This document shows, in pieces, positions 23,450-34,769 of a stretch of 64,000 bases of DNA. Numbering within the stretch: position 1 is the stretch's first letter; each line of letters opens with the position of its first letter. Origin of the DNA: Basidiobolus meristosporus CBS 931.73 (Eukaryota; Fungi; Basidiobolomycota); contig MCFE01000099.1 of assembly GCA_002104905.1 (NCBI GenBank), forward strand, positions 62,001 through 126,000. Direction: 5' to 3'. The notes beneath the pieces were generated by a model. That model saw only the letters and a program-made list of their open reading frames with translations, did no database searches and had not been told where the DNA came from. The position numbers and the translations under genes are program-made.

Positions 23450-23720
23450 TGTCATGATTACATGACAACCATGAACACCCATGCCAAGTTTTAGCTTCCT
23501 AGCTCAATTTCTAAGAGATTCTTCTGGAACCTTCTGCCACCTTCCTGAAAGTTCCTGACCATTCCAAACCATTGTTACACAATGGAACATACCATGGAGG
23601 CTTCCCATTGTATTTTTCATAGTCAAGTACCATATATGGAGATTGTTGATCCACACCTAAGTCCTTTCCTGGTCCTGCCTTGCCTAGCCCTACTCTCCTG
23701 CCTTGTGTCTATTCATAACA
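23450..23720 (+). repeat. Chromovirus 3' LTR with a ~240-bp internal deletion (271 bp)
   Basis: Matches both ends of the 5' LTR; lacks the TATA and self-primer segment. Confidence 0.9.
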
Positions 23721-24875
23721 AGTTTGATGTGATGCCACTTGTTGATGCAACTGGGCCTGCTCCAATGGAATTGTGTCTGAATGAGCAGTTTAGCAAGTTC
23801 TGGTGGTTATGCTCTGAAGTGTGTGTGTTGACCCAACACATGTTGACTCAATGCAGGGTGCTCATGTGGAGGGTGCTGGCATAGTTTGAACTGGTGTGCA
23901 CCAGTGCACTGAAGTTGCAAAGGATGGTAAGGAATCTAGCAAGGTGTGCTGGCTCAATCTTGACACTGTTGCTTACAGTCTGTATTCTTCCTTTTGAAGC
24001 TCACCTTCTGATTCCTCAAGGTATTCACTTACCCTCTATCTGATACTTTGGAACTGTAGCCTGGATGAGTCCTGTGTGTATTGCTCTCAGAAGCCCCTCA
24101 TCTCTACTAATATATCATGTACTAGATTAGTCATTTGAGGCAAAAACTCATTCAAAACCTCTTTGGTTCCCAGAGTTGAGGCACAAACAGACAGGCCTGT
24201 CTGTACTGAGTAAGTTGCGTGCAAATTGCTCCCACATGGCTTCCTCATCAAATCCCCTCACTCTCAGCTCATTCTTGACTTCAGCACTTGTCTTTCTATT
24301 TATCTTCTTACATACATCTGCTCACATCTCAACGTAAAACTCATGCCACAGCTGTCTACTCAGATTCTTCCATCTCTGTTGACTCTCTGAGGTATGTAGT
24401 TCTGCTAGATTAATGAGTAGTGCCCAGTTATCAGTATGAAGGCTCATTATAGGCACTTTGGCCGTACTATAATCATTTGGCAAGAACTCAAATGGATCCA
24501 ACATTGACTTTACCAGTCTGGACCATGCTTGTGAGCTCAGGGATTGATTTTGTCTGGGTGGTGCTAAATATGAGTTGAGACTTAGTATAGGGACCATAGA
24601 TATGGATTAGGATACTTATACAGTAGTATATTGGCATCAACCTGGTCATATATGAAATATATAAGAAAACTAATGTGATTGTAGAATGTTGCATATATTG
24701 TGCATAATGCATCTTGGATTGCATTAACATAGATCAGCTCACATTAGTTGTAGATTTCCTATTTGAGTATAGACATGTGAGTTAAGAATAAATAAAAATA
24801 CTTGGTTATTGTTTGAGGATGATTTTTGCAACATAATGATGGGATACATGGCAATTGATGGAGATTTAATCATAA
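23721..24875 (+). mobile_element. Old PHIS fragment (ORF2 and intergenic region)
   Basis: Collinear with ~15800-16810 with CpG replaced by TpG/CpA. Confidence 0.9.
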
Positions 24876-24879
24876 TGTA

Positions 24880-25417
24880 TGGATGGCTAGAGAGGTGGTG
24901 AGTTTCCTCTTTTATCATCAATGGGGGCTTTGTGGAATTACTACTACTTCTTGCTAAACTTATTCTGGGATGCAACTTACCACTTATATGGCCCAAATGG
25001 ACAGCCTTCATGTGGCTGGCAACATATTAGCCAGAGATCCTTCTGAAACCAGCATGTGTGAGGCATTGCATGACACTCAAATCAGAAAGTGCTACCATTG
25101 CAAGGTGTCTAGCATGTGAGGAATCTATCAACATATGAGGAAAGCACTTTCACACTCTGGAAATATACAAGTAGTACCCCACCTAAAGAAGCTCATGCAG
25201 TGCAGCAAATATTTTGAGGTATAAAGTACTACACCCAGTTTCAATCAATCACAAACCTATCCAACATGTTTGATGGCAAACACTATAAGTAACTAAGAAG
25301 GAAGGGTTACTTTGAAGGTATGTATAACCTTTCCTTTGCCTTGGCACACAATGAATTTTCACTGAACAATTAGTATGCCAGCAAATCCTACTGGCCACTG
25401 ATTCTCATCAGCCTGTG
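24880..25417 (+). mobile_element. Diverged CACTA transposase fragment
   Basis: Homologous to ~3735-4265. Confidence 0.85.
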
Positions 25418-28400
25418 TCCTATGAAAGATTATCTTGATTAACCCATCCATAAGGCCATCATAAATTCTAAGTCCTGTGACTAAGGGGTATTGATCCCAT
25501 CTGAACACCATGCAAAGACTATCAAAAAATAATTGCACCCCAGATTTCACAAAAACTTGGTCAAATTTTTCATTACAACTGTACAAAAGTGGCCTGTGGT
25601 TGGTTCTCTGCCAATTATCTCACTTTCTGATCCCTGACACTCAATCACCTCCTATGTTTGTGTGCATTGAATGGCTAATGCCTCTTTTTGACACTCCTAA
25701 CTTTCTCACTCAACCATTTCTCTTACTTTTGATGCATACAATTTGATTTATTTCTGTTGAAACTTCAGTTGCACCTCAATTGCCAATTGTGTTGACCTAT
25801 ACAAGTCCCTATACCTATAGATTGCCTTATATGGCAAGAAACTTGACGGTATTTTGACGTCCTCACAGCAAGACTCTGATGGCTTTGTCTTGGCAGTATG
25901 ACGGCCTACCACTGGTCCTGTATAATGCTACCATACCAACTTACCAAATGGTATTTCCTTTTTCTACCTCCCCTTGTGCAATTCAAATATTCCACTGTAG
26001 AATCACCCGTTTTTATTTGCTTGCCCACCACTACCTTGCCTTGGGTATTCCACATATAGTTTGAATCAAAAAAACTATGGCCTCCTGCTTACTAGCCACT
26101 ACAAACACGCACACCTGCTACAATTAACATACTTCTATAATCTCTACTTTACAGCTTTTTAGTGTGATACTTGCAGAGTTGCCATATTCCTTGTACTACT
26201 GGTAGCATATAAATCTTGCAAACATATGCTTGGTTGTTGCCACTTCTGCCATGAATACCACCATAATATCTGCAAAGAACATCTCGGTATTTAGCCAATA
26301 TATTCCTTCTGCCTGCTGGATTCTAGTCCCCCTTATAGGTGCGCTATGGCTTTTGTATGTGTGAATTCCATATTGAATGGTGTAGAACTTGGCTTGAGAC
26401 CATGAGAAATCTGGCATATCTTGGTAGAGTTTTCCTGATAAAAACTAGTTGCTTGTAGCACCCAACCCAACTTTGCATTACTTGCTAATTACCCACTCAT
26501 TGGGGCTGCTTAGCTTCTTAATGGCATAGGCATAAGTGTCTCCATGTACACATTTGTCCTCAGTACTTTCCGACTTTCTCTGGCTGTCCTCCATGTGCCA
26601 ACTCATCACATCCATGACAGACTTGAAGGTAATACTCTTGATGAGATTGGGATATGGTAGTACCTGCAACTTGGCTTGTCTCCCTATCTCCCCACACATC
26701 TGCTCCATAGGAAACTCCCAAAAGGTTAAGCAAGGCCCAATATTCTCCACACACCATACAAGATGGAGTGGAGAATGGATACAGTAGCGGCAGAGACCAG
26801 TTTCATGTTTGTAGTATAGCTGCTCAAATCCTGTCACAAACTCCTCACACAACAGCTGTAGATGCGTCGAATTGGCATTGGTGATCTGCTGCTGTATAAA
26901 TATTCCTACAATGTCCACATATGACTCCAAATGCTTTCAATGTATTCTTGGTAGGAATGGCTCAGAACACCACTTGAAAAAATACATATCCAGTTCATCC
27001 AGTCTTTGCATTGGTATTGTCAATATGTGTATGAATATTAATTGGAGCCTGTGAGAAGTACTTATGGTAGGGGATACTCTGCAATATCTTGCCAATTCTT
27101 TCAAGTTTCTCCGGTATCTCAAAGGGCTCATTTAGCTTGAAATGCCCCATTAACAGCTTGGTCATCAGTATAGAGATATTGTTGAAAAGCAAATGCATTG
27201 CTCCCAGTGGAAAGCTTTTGCTCCAACAGATACCATCTATCTTAAGTATCTCCAGTTTCTGATTGATTCCATATTCTGGCTAATAGCTTATAGCTTGCCA
27301 ACTTTGCTGCAATTGCATGTGTACTTCTGTACATTCTCTCTGTGGAATGATGATGCTCTTAGTGCCAGTGCTTGGGTAATGATAATATGTGTGAGTTATG
27401 GAGAAAATCCCCTGGATCTCACATATTTGACAGCAATACCATCCATTGTGCCCGGAAAAACCTGCTATCTTGCTGATGGCTGGGGTATCCCCAATACAGA
27501 TAATAATATGCGCTTTTACATGACAGCCATTTACCATTATCCTGCTGGAAAGCGTACAAAATTCATCCAGCAGTGGATACAGGTAGCTATCCAGGTTGGA
27601 CAGTAACTTAAGCCCAGATACCAGTGAGACTACCATCAGATTATTGCTCTGAAACCGTAAGATGGGCAGCAGATTCAGATTGATGAGAATCAGTGGCCGG
27701 CAGGATTTGCTAGTAGAGTACTTGTTTAATGAGAATCCATCAAGTGCTAAAGCAAAGGCATGGTCATTGATACCTTCAAAGTAGCCCTTGCTTCTTAGCT
27801 GTTTGTAATGCTTTTCATCAAATATATTGGATATGTTTGTGCTTGATTCATACTAAGTGCGGTACTGTATTGCTTTGCAATATTTGTCAGACTGCATCAG
27901 CTTCTTCAGATGGGGTATGACCAGAATATATCTGGAGTGTAAACAATGCTTTCCCTCAATGGTGGTATATTCCAGACAATTTGGACACATTTTAATGATA
28001 GCATTTTTGGATGTGAATGCTATGCAACAGTTAACACATGCTGGAATCAGGACAGTCTCTGGATCATATGTTGATAGCCACATAATGGTTGTCCACTTGT
28101 ACCATGTATATGGTAAGTTGCATCCTGATATGATTTTGGCAAGAAGTAGTAATAAATCCTCAAAGCCCCCATTACTGATATTAGTAGAAACACACAACTT
28201 CTCTAGCCACAACATTACATCATTCTCCAGTAGATGGATTACTGGGCTCATTTAGCTCCATAATGTATCCTTGGCATTTGCTTCAATGGGTGTTGTCTCA
28301 CTGCATACAGGGATTTGACAAGGCTCAAACATGGTACTGTTGTTAGGGGAGATAGGCTCAAAATCCATCAGTGAACTTTCTTTGTCCAAGCTATCACTCT

Positions 28401-29712
28401 GCATGCCATATTCAGAAGGCTGAGGTGAGCCTAAAGGCGTCACAAACTAACCTGACTCAGTTTGTGCAAGGTGACAAAGATGGCCTTGTGCCAATATAGT
28501 AGTATCAACTGGCCGGCAAGATAATGCTGGTACAGTATCAACAATGAATGGTCAAATATGACTTGGGTGGCAAAACACTGGCTGTGATCCTTGTAATACT
28601 TCCTATGCTGTCTGCATGCTTCATGGCTAAGAGGCTTGCCACAATAGCCATATGGTCTTTTTTCTCTTCTCTTACGGTGTTGAGTCAAAGTAGTCCTGTC
28701 CATGGGGCAAACAGTTTGACCTTCAACAACATAACATTATTATATCACTCTTTGGTCAATACTCATGTGAACTTAAGACAGTCTTGTATTTGAGATATTG
28801 CACCTACATGAATGTAAGATTCAATGATGATCTGCCCTAGTAAGCATTATAAATAATGTTGAGGTGCCACATATACACATATATGTAACACTATTTCTCC
28901 TTTGGTTTGACTCACTTCCATATATATGCCACCAAAAAATAAAGCAAAGTTGTCTGGTTCTCAACCAAACCCTACCACTGATGGCAACAGAAGAATGGTT
29001 GGACAACAGCTTGCTTTGACATTCAGTGCAACAAGCAGGGCTACATCCAGAAAAGGCCCTGTGGACAGTGTGCCCATTGAAGGTAATAATGTGGACACCT
29101 CAGGCTCTCAGTCAAGTAGGCAATTGAGAACCTCTGCAGCACCACAAGCTGACCACTATGCTCAGGCAGATGAGAATGTAGCAAATGGAGTACCCTGAGA
29201 TGAAGATCAGCAAGTGGCCATGATAACATCCCCACCACCCATATTAGCAAGAATGCTGTCAGCTTATACCAAAGCATTAATGCAACAATTAGGTGCAGTG
29301 GCTGATAGGATAGATGCAATGGCCCAGAGAAATCAGGAAATAGTCCAGAAACAGGAAAAGTGGATAATATATGTAGAGCAATCATTATCCCAGGTAGAGA
29401 AAGCAGTATCTTTGCTGAAAGAAGGAACTCAAGTAGCTCAATGTCACAGCCAAGAATTGAGCCATTTCCCAATGTAACAGCAGAGGAACACCATACAGTC
29501 TTTGAAGCACAAAGCAGTGAGCAAAGATAAAGCCCACAGAAAAACCTATCACAGCATGGGAGGGAGACAATGTGGTGTCTATACCAAAGCCTAAAAATCA
29601 AAACACATTGAAGATCCATTAAGCCTCTGAGTGCAATAATGAAGAGTGGGCTAATATACAAGTGGCCGTCAGAAGTCTAGCATGACATCACATTAAGCCT
29701 GGCATACCATGG

Positions 29713-30970
29713 TGTGGGTTATTACTGACTATACTTGGTGAGTCGGAGAGCTTGTAGGTCAAGTCAGTACCACTTGGCTCAGAATAGCTTCCAATAGAAG
29801 GTTGCAAGGTAGTAAAGACCTGTGTTTATTCCGTCAAAATCTTTCTGTCCTCTTACTTGGTTCAATTGGATAGATATATATATATCACTTGGGGGGCTAA
29901 GAAAATAGACAATGTGTTGTAAAATAGGGGTGTGAACTTTGGTAATGGAAAGTATTCCATTACTACAATATCCCATACCAATATTGCACTCATTTCTATA
30001 TTTTGCTTTTTGCTATTGTAATACAATTCAATCTGCACCACTGCAAAATTTTAGCATTGTATCACATGTATTGCTTGCGCATTTGGCCAAAAACTTTGAT
30101 CCTTCAGAAATATCATATATATGACTTCCACAGCTGATAAATAAAAAAGAGCCTCTCTTTCCAGAATCTCCACACTACAATTACAAGTTTAAAGGTTTTA
30201 AGACTTCCCCTGCATCACTTGTACTGTTGAGTATTCTGACTTTGATTGGTACTACATCAGTAAAGAGACTGCAAAGCTCACAAGAATCAAATCTAAGTTC
30301 TACAAGAAACTACCACTTTTCTGTTGGAAAAGTCCTCTCTAAGAAGCCCTTTTACTCTAAAGATGCCCCTTTAGACACCCCTTTAGTCTAAAGTCCACTT
30401 TAGAGACCACTACAAGAAGCCCCTTTGCTCTAAAGATACCCCTTTGAGTCTAAAGACCCCTTTAGAGACTTCTACAACACACACCTTTGGGTTAAAGGGG
30501 AGCTCAGAATTTGCATATTAGGAAGTATTTTCTCAGAAAGGAAAGTGACTTCTAAATAAGGAAAAGTTAAAATAAAAGTAAATAAGCCCATTAGTCAACA
30601 GAAGATCAGAACACTGCTGTAGAAGTGAGAAACACTGCCTATAGTATATTTTGAGCCTAAGATTGAGGATATTAGTGAAAGTTATATCCTCTATTGGTAT
30701 ATTAAGCTCCCAATAAGCTTTTTCAGTATTAGCATACTGATAGTTGTTGTATATTGTTGATTAGCCTCTATATTGTAGAACAAGCCCCATACTAAACATA
30801 ATACAACACAACAGAACAACTTCCTGTTATGGTAAGTACTCTAACTAGATAAAGGCAGGAATAAGAGTGAGGACATGTGGGGGATTCACTGGGAGGATAC
30901 TGGGAGACTCTGAGTAGGACTCTGAGGAGAACTCTTGGGCAAAAAGTGGGTACTACATTTGGTACTCACA
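29713..30970. repeat. Solo LTR family F (~378 bp net) inserted in CACTA ORF2, itself holding an LTR-E
   Basis: TGTGGG...CTCACA ends; 5-bp TSD CATGG (29708-29712 and 30971-30975). Confidence 0.85.
29938..30813. repeat. Solo LTR family E, internally deleted (876 bp)
   Basis: 4-bp TSD GAAC (29934-29937 and 30814-30817); homologous to 52895-54101. Confidence 0.92.
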
Positions 30971-31402
30971 CATGGGACCATCAGGAACTCCAGGCCAAGC
31001 AGAATGCACTTGACTTGTTCCATGAGCATTATTCTGGATTCAAACAGGCTAATGGATTTTGGGCCAGCATTGGTATGCAATGAAAATATCTTAAGAATAG
31101 CAGAAACTATCAAAGGCAGAAGAAGAAGGGTGCCATGGCTAAAAACCAGCAGCCTCCTCAAGAGCCCATTTCAAGCAGAGCCAAAAGCTGCAGACAAGCA
31201 TCAAAGAGACATCAGGTAGCTGGAAGAGTGCCAATTGGGGACAAGCAGGCAGACATGGATGCACCAGCACAACATTTATCAAGGAAAAAGCATAGTACCA
31301 CTCAAGAAGCACCCAGTAAAAGTAGCAATGAAGGACCTAGCAGTGATAAAAACCAGCCGCTTTTACAGGAGCCTGTCATAACTTCAATTGAGAGCTGAAA
31401 AC

Positions 31403-34156
31403 TGCTGTAAGAGTCCTGGAGATACTGGAAGTGATTGGGAAAACAAGTAGATTATGTAGTTTTCACCTGATGATTTATTGAATGCAAAAGTAGCAATTAT
31501 ACTTTTAAAAAGTCTTGGCATAACAGACACATAGAGTAGGTTAAGGAAGGTCCCAAGAACATGTGTGCAAAGTTTGGGGCTGTTTGGACAACTTTGAGAA
31601 TTTTCATGTTTGGGGTACCTGGCATTTTGGTGAAAATGTTCTAGGTAAATCCCAACAAGGAATTTGGTGAGTATTCTCTAGGATTTGAAGGTAATGATCC
31701 AAGTGACTAAGTTGGGTGAGTATTTAGGTGGAATTACAAATTCTTACAACACTCCCACTCAGCTAAGTGTTCATACTGACTAGTCCTAATTTTGACCTAA
31801 GATATTCAAACTTGTCTCTAGCTAATGGTTTAGTAAATATGTCTGCAATCATTTCATCTGTAGGATAGTAAACTAAGCTAACTAAGTTATTTTCTATAGA
31901 TTCACGTATGAAATGAAGTCTAATATATAGGTGCTTGGTTCTAGCATGAAAAGTTGGATTTCAACCTAATTGCATACATCCTTGATTATCTTGAAACAAA
32001 GTAAAAGGTGTTTTTTGACATAGGCCTAAATCTGTAAAAAGCTTTCTGCACCACATTAATTCTTTTGTAGCTTCACAGGCCACCAGGTACTCTGCCTCTG
32101 CAGTAGAAAGTGCTACAGTTGGTTGCTTTCATTAATTCCGTGAAATTGCTCCTGTACAGTACAGAAAGGTGTATCCTGTGGTGGATCTTCTGTCTTCCAA
32201 GTTTTGTCCTCAACCCGCATCAGAGTATTCCACAAGATCCTGTTCTGAATCCTTCTGAGTGTATCTTAAGCTGATATCAGCAGCTCCTTTTAGGTATCTA
32301 AAAATCCGCTTAACTGCTGCAATATGACCAGATCCATAGTTCTGATTATGTTGGCTGACAGCTCCCACTGAATATGAGATATCTGGCCATGTTCCAAGCA
32401 TGATATAAATCAGACTGCCAACCATAGATCAATAAGGAAAGTCAAGGCTTTCAGATGGCACTAAGCTCTCTTGATTTGGTTAAGCTTTGACCAAGTCAAG
32501 GTTTGTCTCTATTGGGGTAGCCTTGATGTCTTGAAGACCCATTAGGGCCTGATATTCCTCAGTCATTGCAGATCTCCAAAACTTTGTTGGACGGCTATTC
32601 AGGGCCTCTTTTATAGTCTGGGGTTCATCAATATGGACTAAATAGGCATAGGCTAAGTTTGTACCCTCATTGATGTAGTAATTTGGGCTATTACTTGTTT
32701 GATTGGATCTCCAGGCATTTGATACTGGAATGATCACTTCTGGGGTATTCCTGGGCACTGATTCAGGCTGAATCACAGATGTAGAGTCCTCTGGAGTGAA
32801 AAAACATACATTGTTTTGCTCTGATTCAATCCTGACAATTGGCGGACTTGAGATCATTTTTTGTCATCATCTGATGTCATTTTTTGCAAATATTTTGAAT
32901 TTTCATCAAGCAATGCATCCCTGGACTTGATAAGCTTCTTTACTTTGGCATTGTAGCGTCTGTATGCTTTACTCTCATTACAGTAACCCAAAAACATGCA
33001 TCTTACACTTTTTGTCTCAGATATTGACTGGTTTCTGGGCAGTTTCTTAGCATATGCTCTACATCCAAATACTCTTTGATGTTTTGCACTTGGTCTGTAT
33101 CCATACCATGCTTCAAATGGAGTAGAATCACAAAGTATTTGGTTAGGGCTCCTATTTTTAAGGTATGCAGCAGTGGCAACTGATTCAGCCCAAAACTCAT
33201 AGGACAATTTTTGATCATGGATCATGGATCTTGCCATATCAGTTATTAATCTGTTAGCATGCTCTGCTACTCCATTTTGCTGTAGGGAGCATGGTACAGT
33301 AGTTTCAAGCTTTATCCCATGAATTTTGCAGAAGTGGATGTAGAGTTTTGAGGTAAACTCTCCAGCATTGTGAAAGCCTTTTTCTGGATCTTTTTGCCAG
33401 TTTCCCTCTCCACCTTTGCTCTAAGCTCCCTGAACTTAGACAGAGCTTCTTCCTTTCTCACTATGAAGCAAACCCATGTTTATCCTGTATAATCATCAAT
33501 AAAAGTGAGTAAACTCTTCATCCCACCTAAGGATAAATTTTGCATAGGTCCATAGAGATTGGAGAAATTAGATTTAATTTCTTCTTAGTTTTAATTACCC
33601 CAGAGCTCTTGAGTGGCTGTCTGGCTTGTTTCCCATATATGCAGGCTTCACAGCGCTCCAAACTAGCTGGGAAATCAATTTTTACTCAAGAAATTACCTG
33701 ATCTTTGATCATTGTGCACAAAGAATCAAAATTGATGTGCCCAAATCTCCAGTGCCAAAGCATTGGTGTTTCTTTGTTTAGGTTACTTATATTGGCTTCC
33801 AAATATGATGGAATATAAGTTAACTTATATAGATTCTGATCTCTGATACCTGAACCAATATGGGCACCATTTTGATCAGTGATCTTGCATCCAGAATTGT
33901 CAAAGGTGAAACTGAGTCCTTCTGCAGTGGCCTTGCTTACAGAGAGTAGGTTCTTGGCTATTTCTGGTACACAGAGTACTTCTTTAAAGGTCAGTGTATG
34001 GCTTCCTTCACTGCTGCGTAGGTTTACTTGGATAGTTCCTTTTCCCACTGCATCAAGTGTTCTATTGTCACCCATGAGAACCTTCTTAATTGCAATTTCT
34101 AGATGTTGGGTAAAAGGCTCTTTTTGGTGTGTAAAGTGTTGAGATGCTCCAGATTG
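31403..34156 (-). mobile_element. copia-A copy 5 (3' LTR 31403-31751, RNaseH, RT largely deleted, integrase, protease)
   Basis: LTR plus PPT; SGASQHFTHQKEPF; LWHWRFGHINF; FWAESVATAAYLKNRSP. Confidence 0.92.
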
Positions 34157-34765
34157 ACCTAGCCTATTACCAAAGTATTTGGAGGACAAAGCCACTCCTA
34201 ATGAGGTGGATGAAGAGATCAAGAGGATAATCCAGGATGAAGTCAGCAAACTTGTGGTACAGGATGAAACACTCTACCAAATTGTTGATGGGAGCCCTAT
34301 TGTCTATTGCCCTTGTATTGCTTGCCAGGATTTAACACATATGCTACACAATGGATATGGATATCTTGGAGTTGAAGGAACCTATAGCCTTGTGAAAGCA
34401 AGAGCATGGTGGTCCAGAATGAAACAAGATAATGAGAAGCTAGTGAAAACTTGCCCAAACTGCCAATTCAATCAAGGCCAGCCACAAAGAATTGCCACAC
34501 TCTTTCCCTTGGTGCCAGTAAGACCAGTTGAAAGATGGGGAACTGACTATATTGGAAGACTGCCAACTACAAGGCTATGCAACCATTGGATCCTAGTAGC
34601 AATTGACCATGCCACCAAATGGCCAATTGCTAAAGCTGTCCCATAGCCAGTGAACAAGAAGTTGCAAGTATCTTCTACCATGAGATCCTTGTGAAGTTTG
34701 GATGCCCTGTAGAGATTCTAGCCAATAGAGGTACAAACTTTATTGTAAAGACATTGGAAGCTTAC
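34157..34765 (+). pseudogene. Orphan Ty3/gypsy integrase fragment (third gypsy lineage)
   Basis: LHNGYGYLGV..WW..M..VKTCPNCQ; ERWGTDYIGRLP; WILVAIDHATKWPIAKAV; KFGCP..NRGTNF. Confidence 0.85.
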
Positions 34766-34769
34766 CTGG

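Larger units (their letters stand above)
18511..23720 (+). mobile_element. Chromoviral Ty3/gypsy retrotransposon (Tf1/Tcn1-like), degenerate, protease and RT N-terminus deleted
   Basis: LTRs T(G/A)TCATGA...TCATAACA; gag-RT-RNaseH-integrase-chromodomain order; PPT GGAAGAGAAGAAAAG at 23435-23449. Confidence 0.95.
25418..31402 (-). mobile_element. CACTA copy 2: left end in + orientation (25418-~25820), then transposase and ORF2 in - orientation
   Basis: TCCTATGAAAGAT TIR; 25418-25820 matches 958-1355; the remainder is the reverse complement of ~5060 to ~2150 and includes the Tnp2 core GDTPAISKIAGFSGHNG..C..C and H..HL...GP. Confidence 0.88.
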
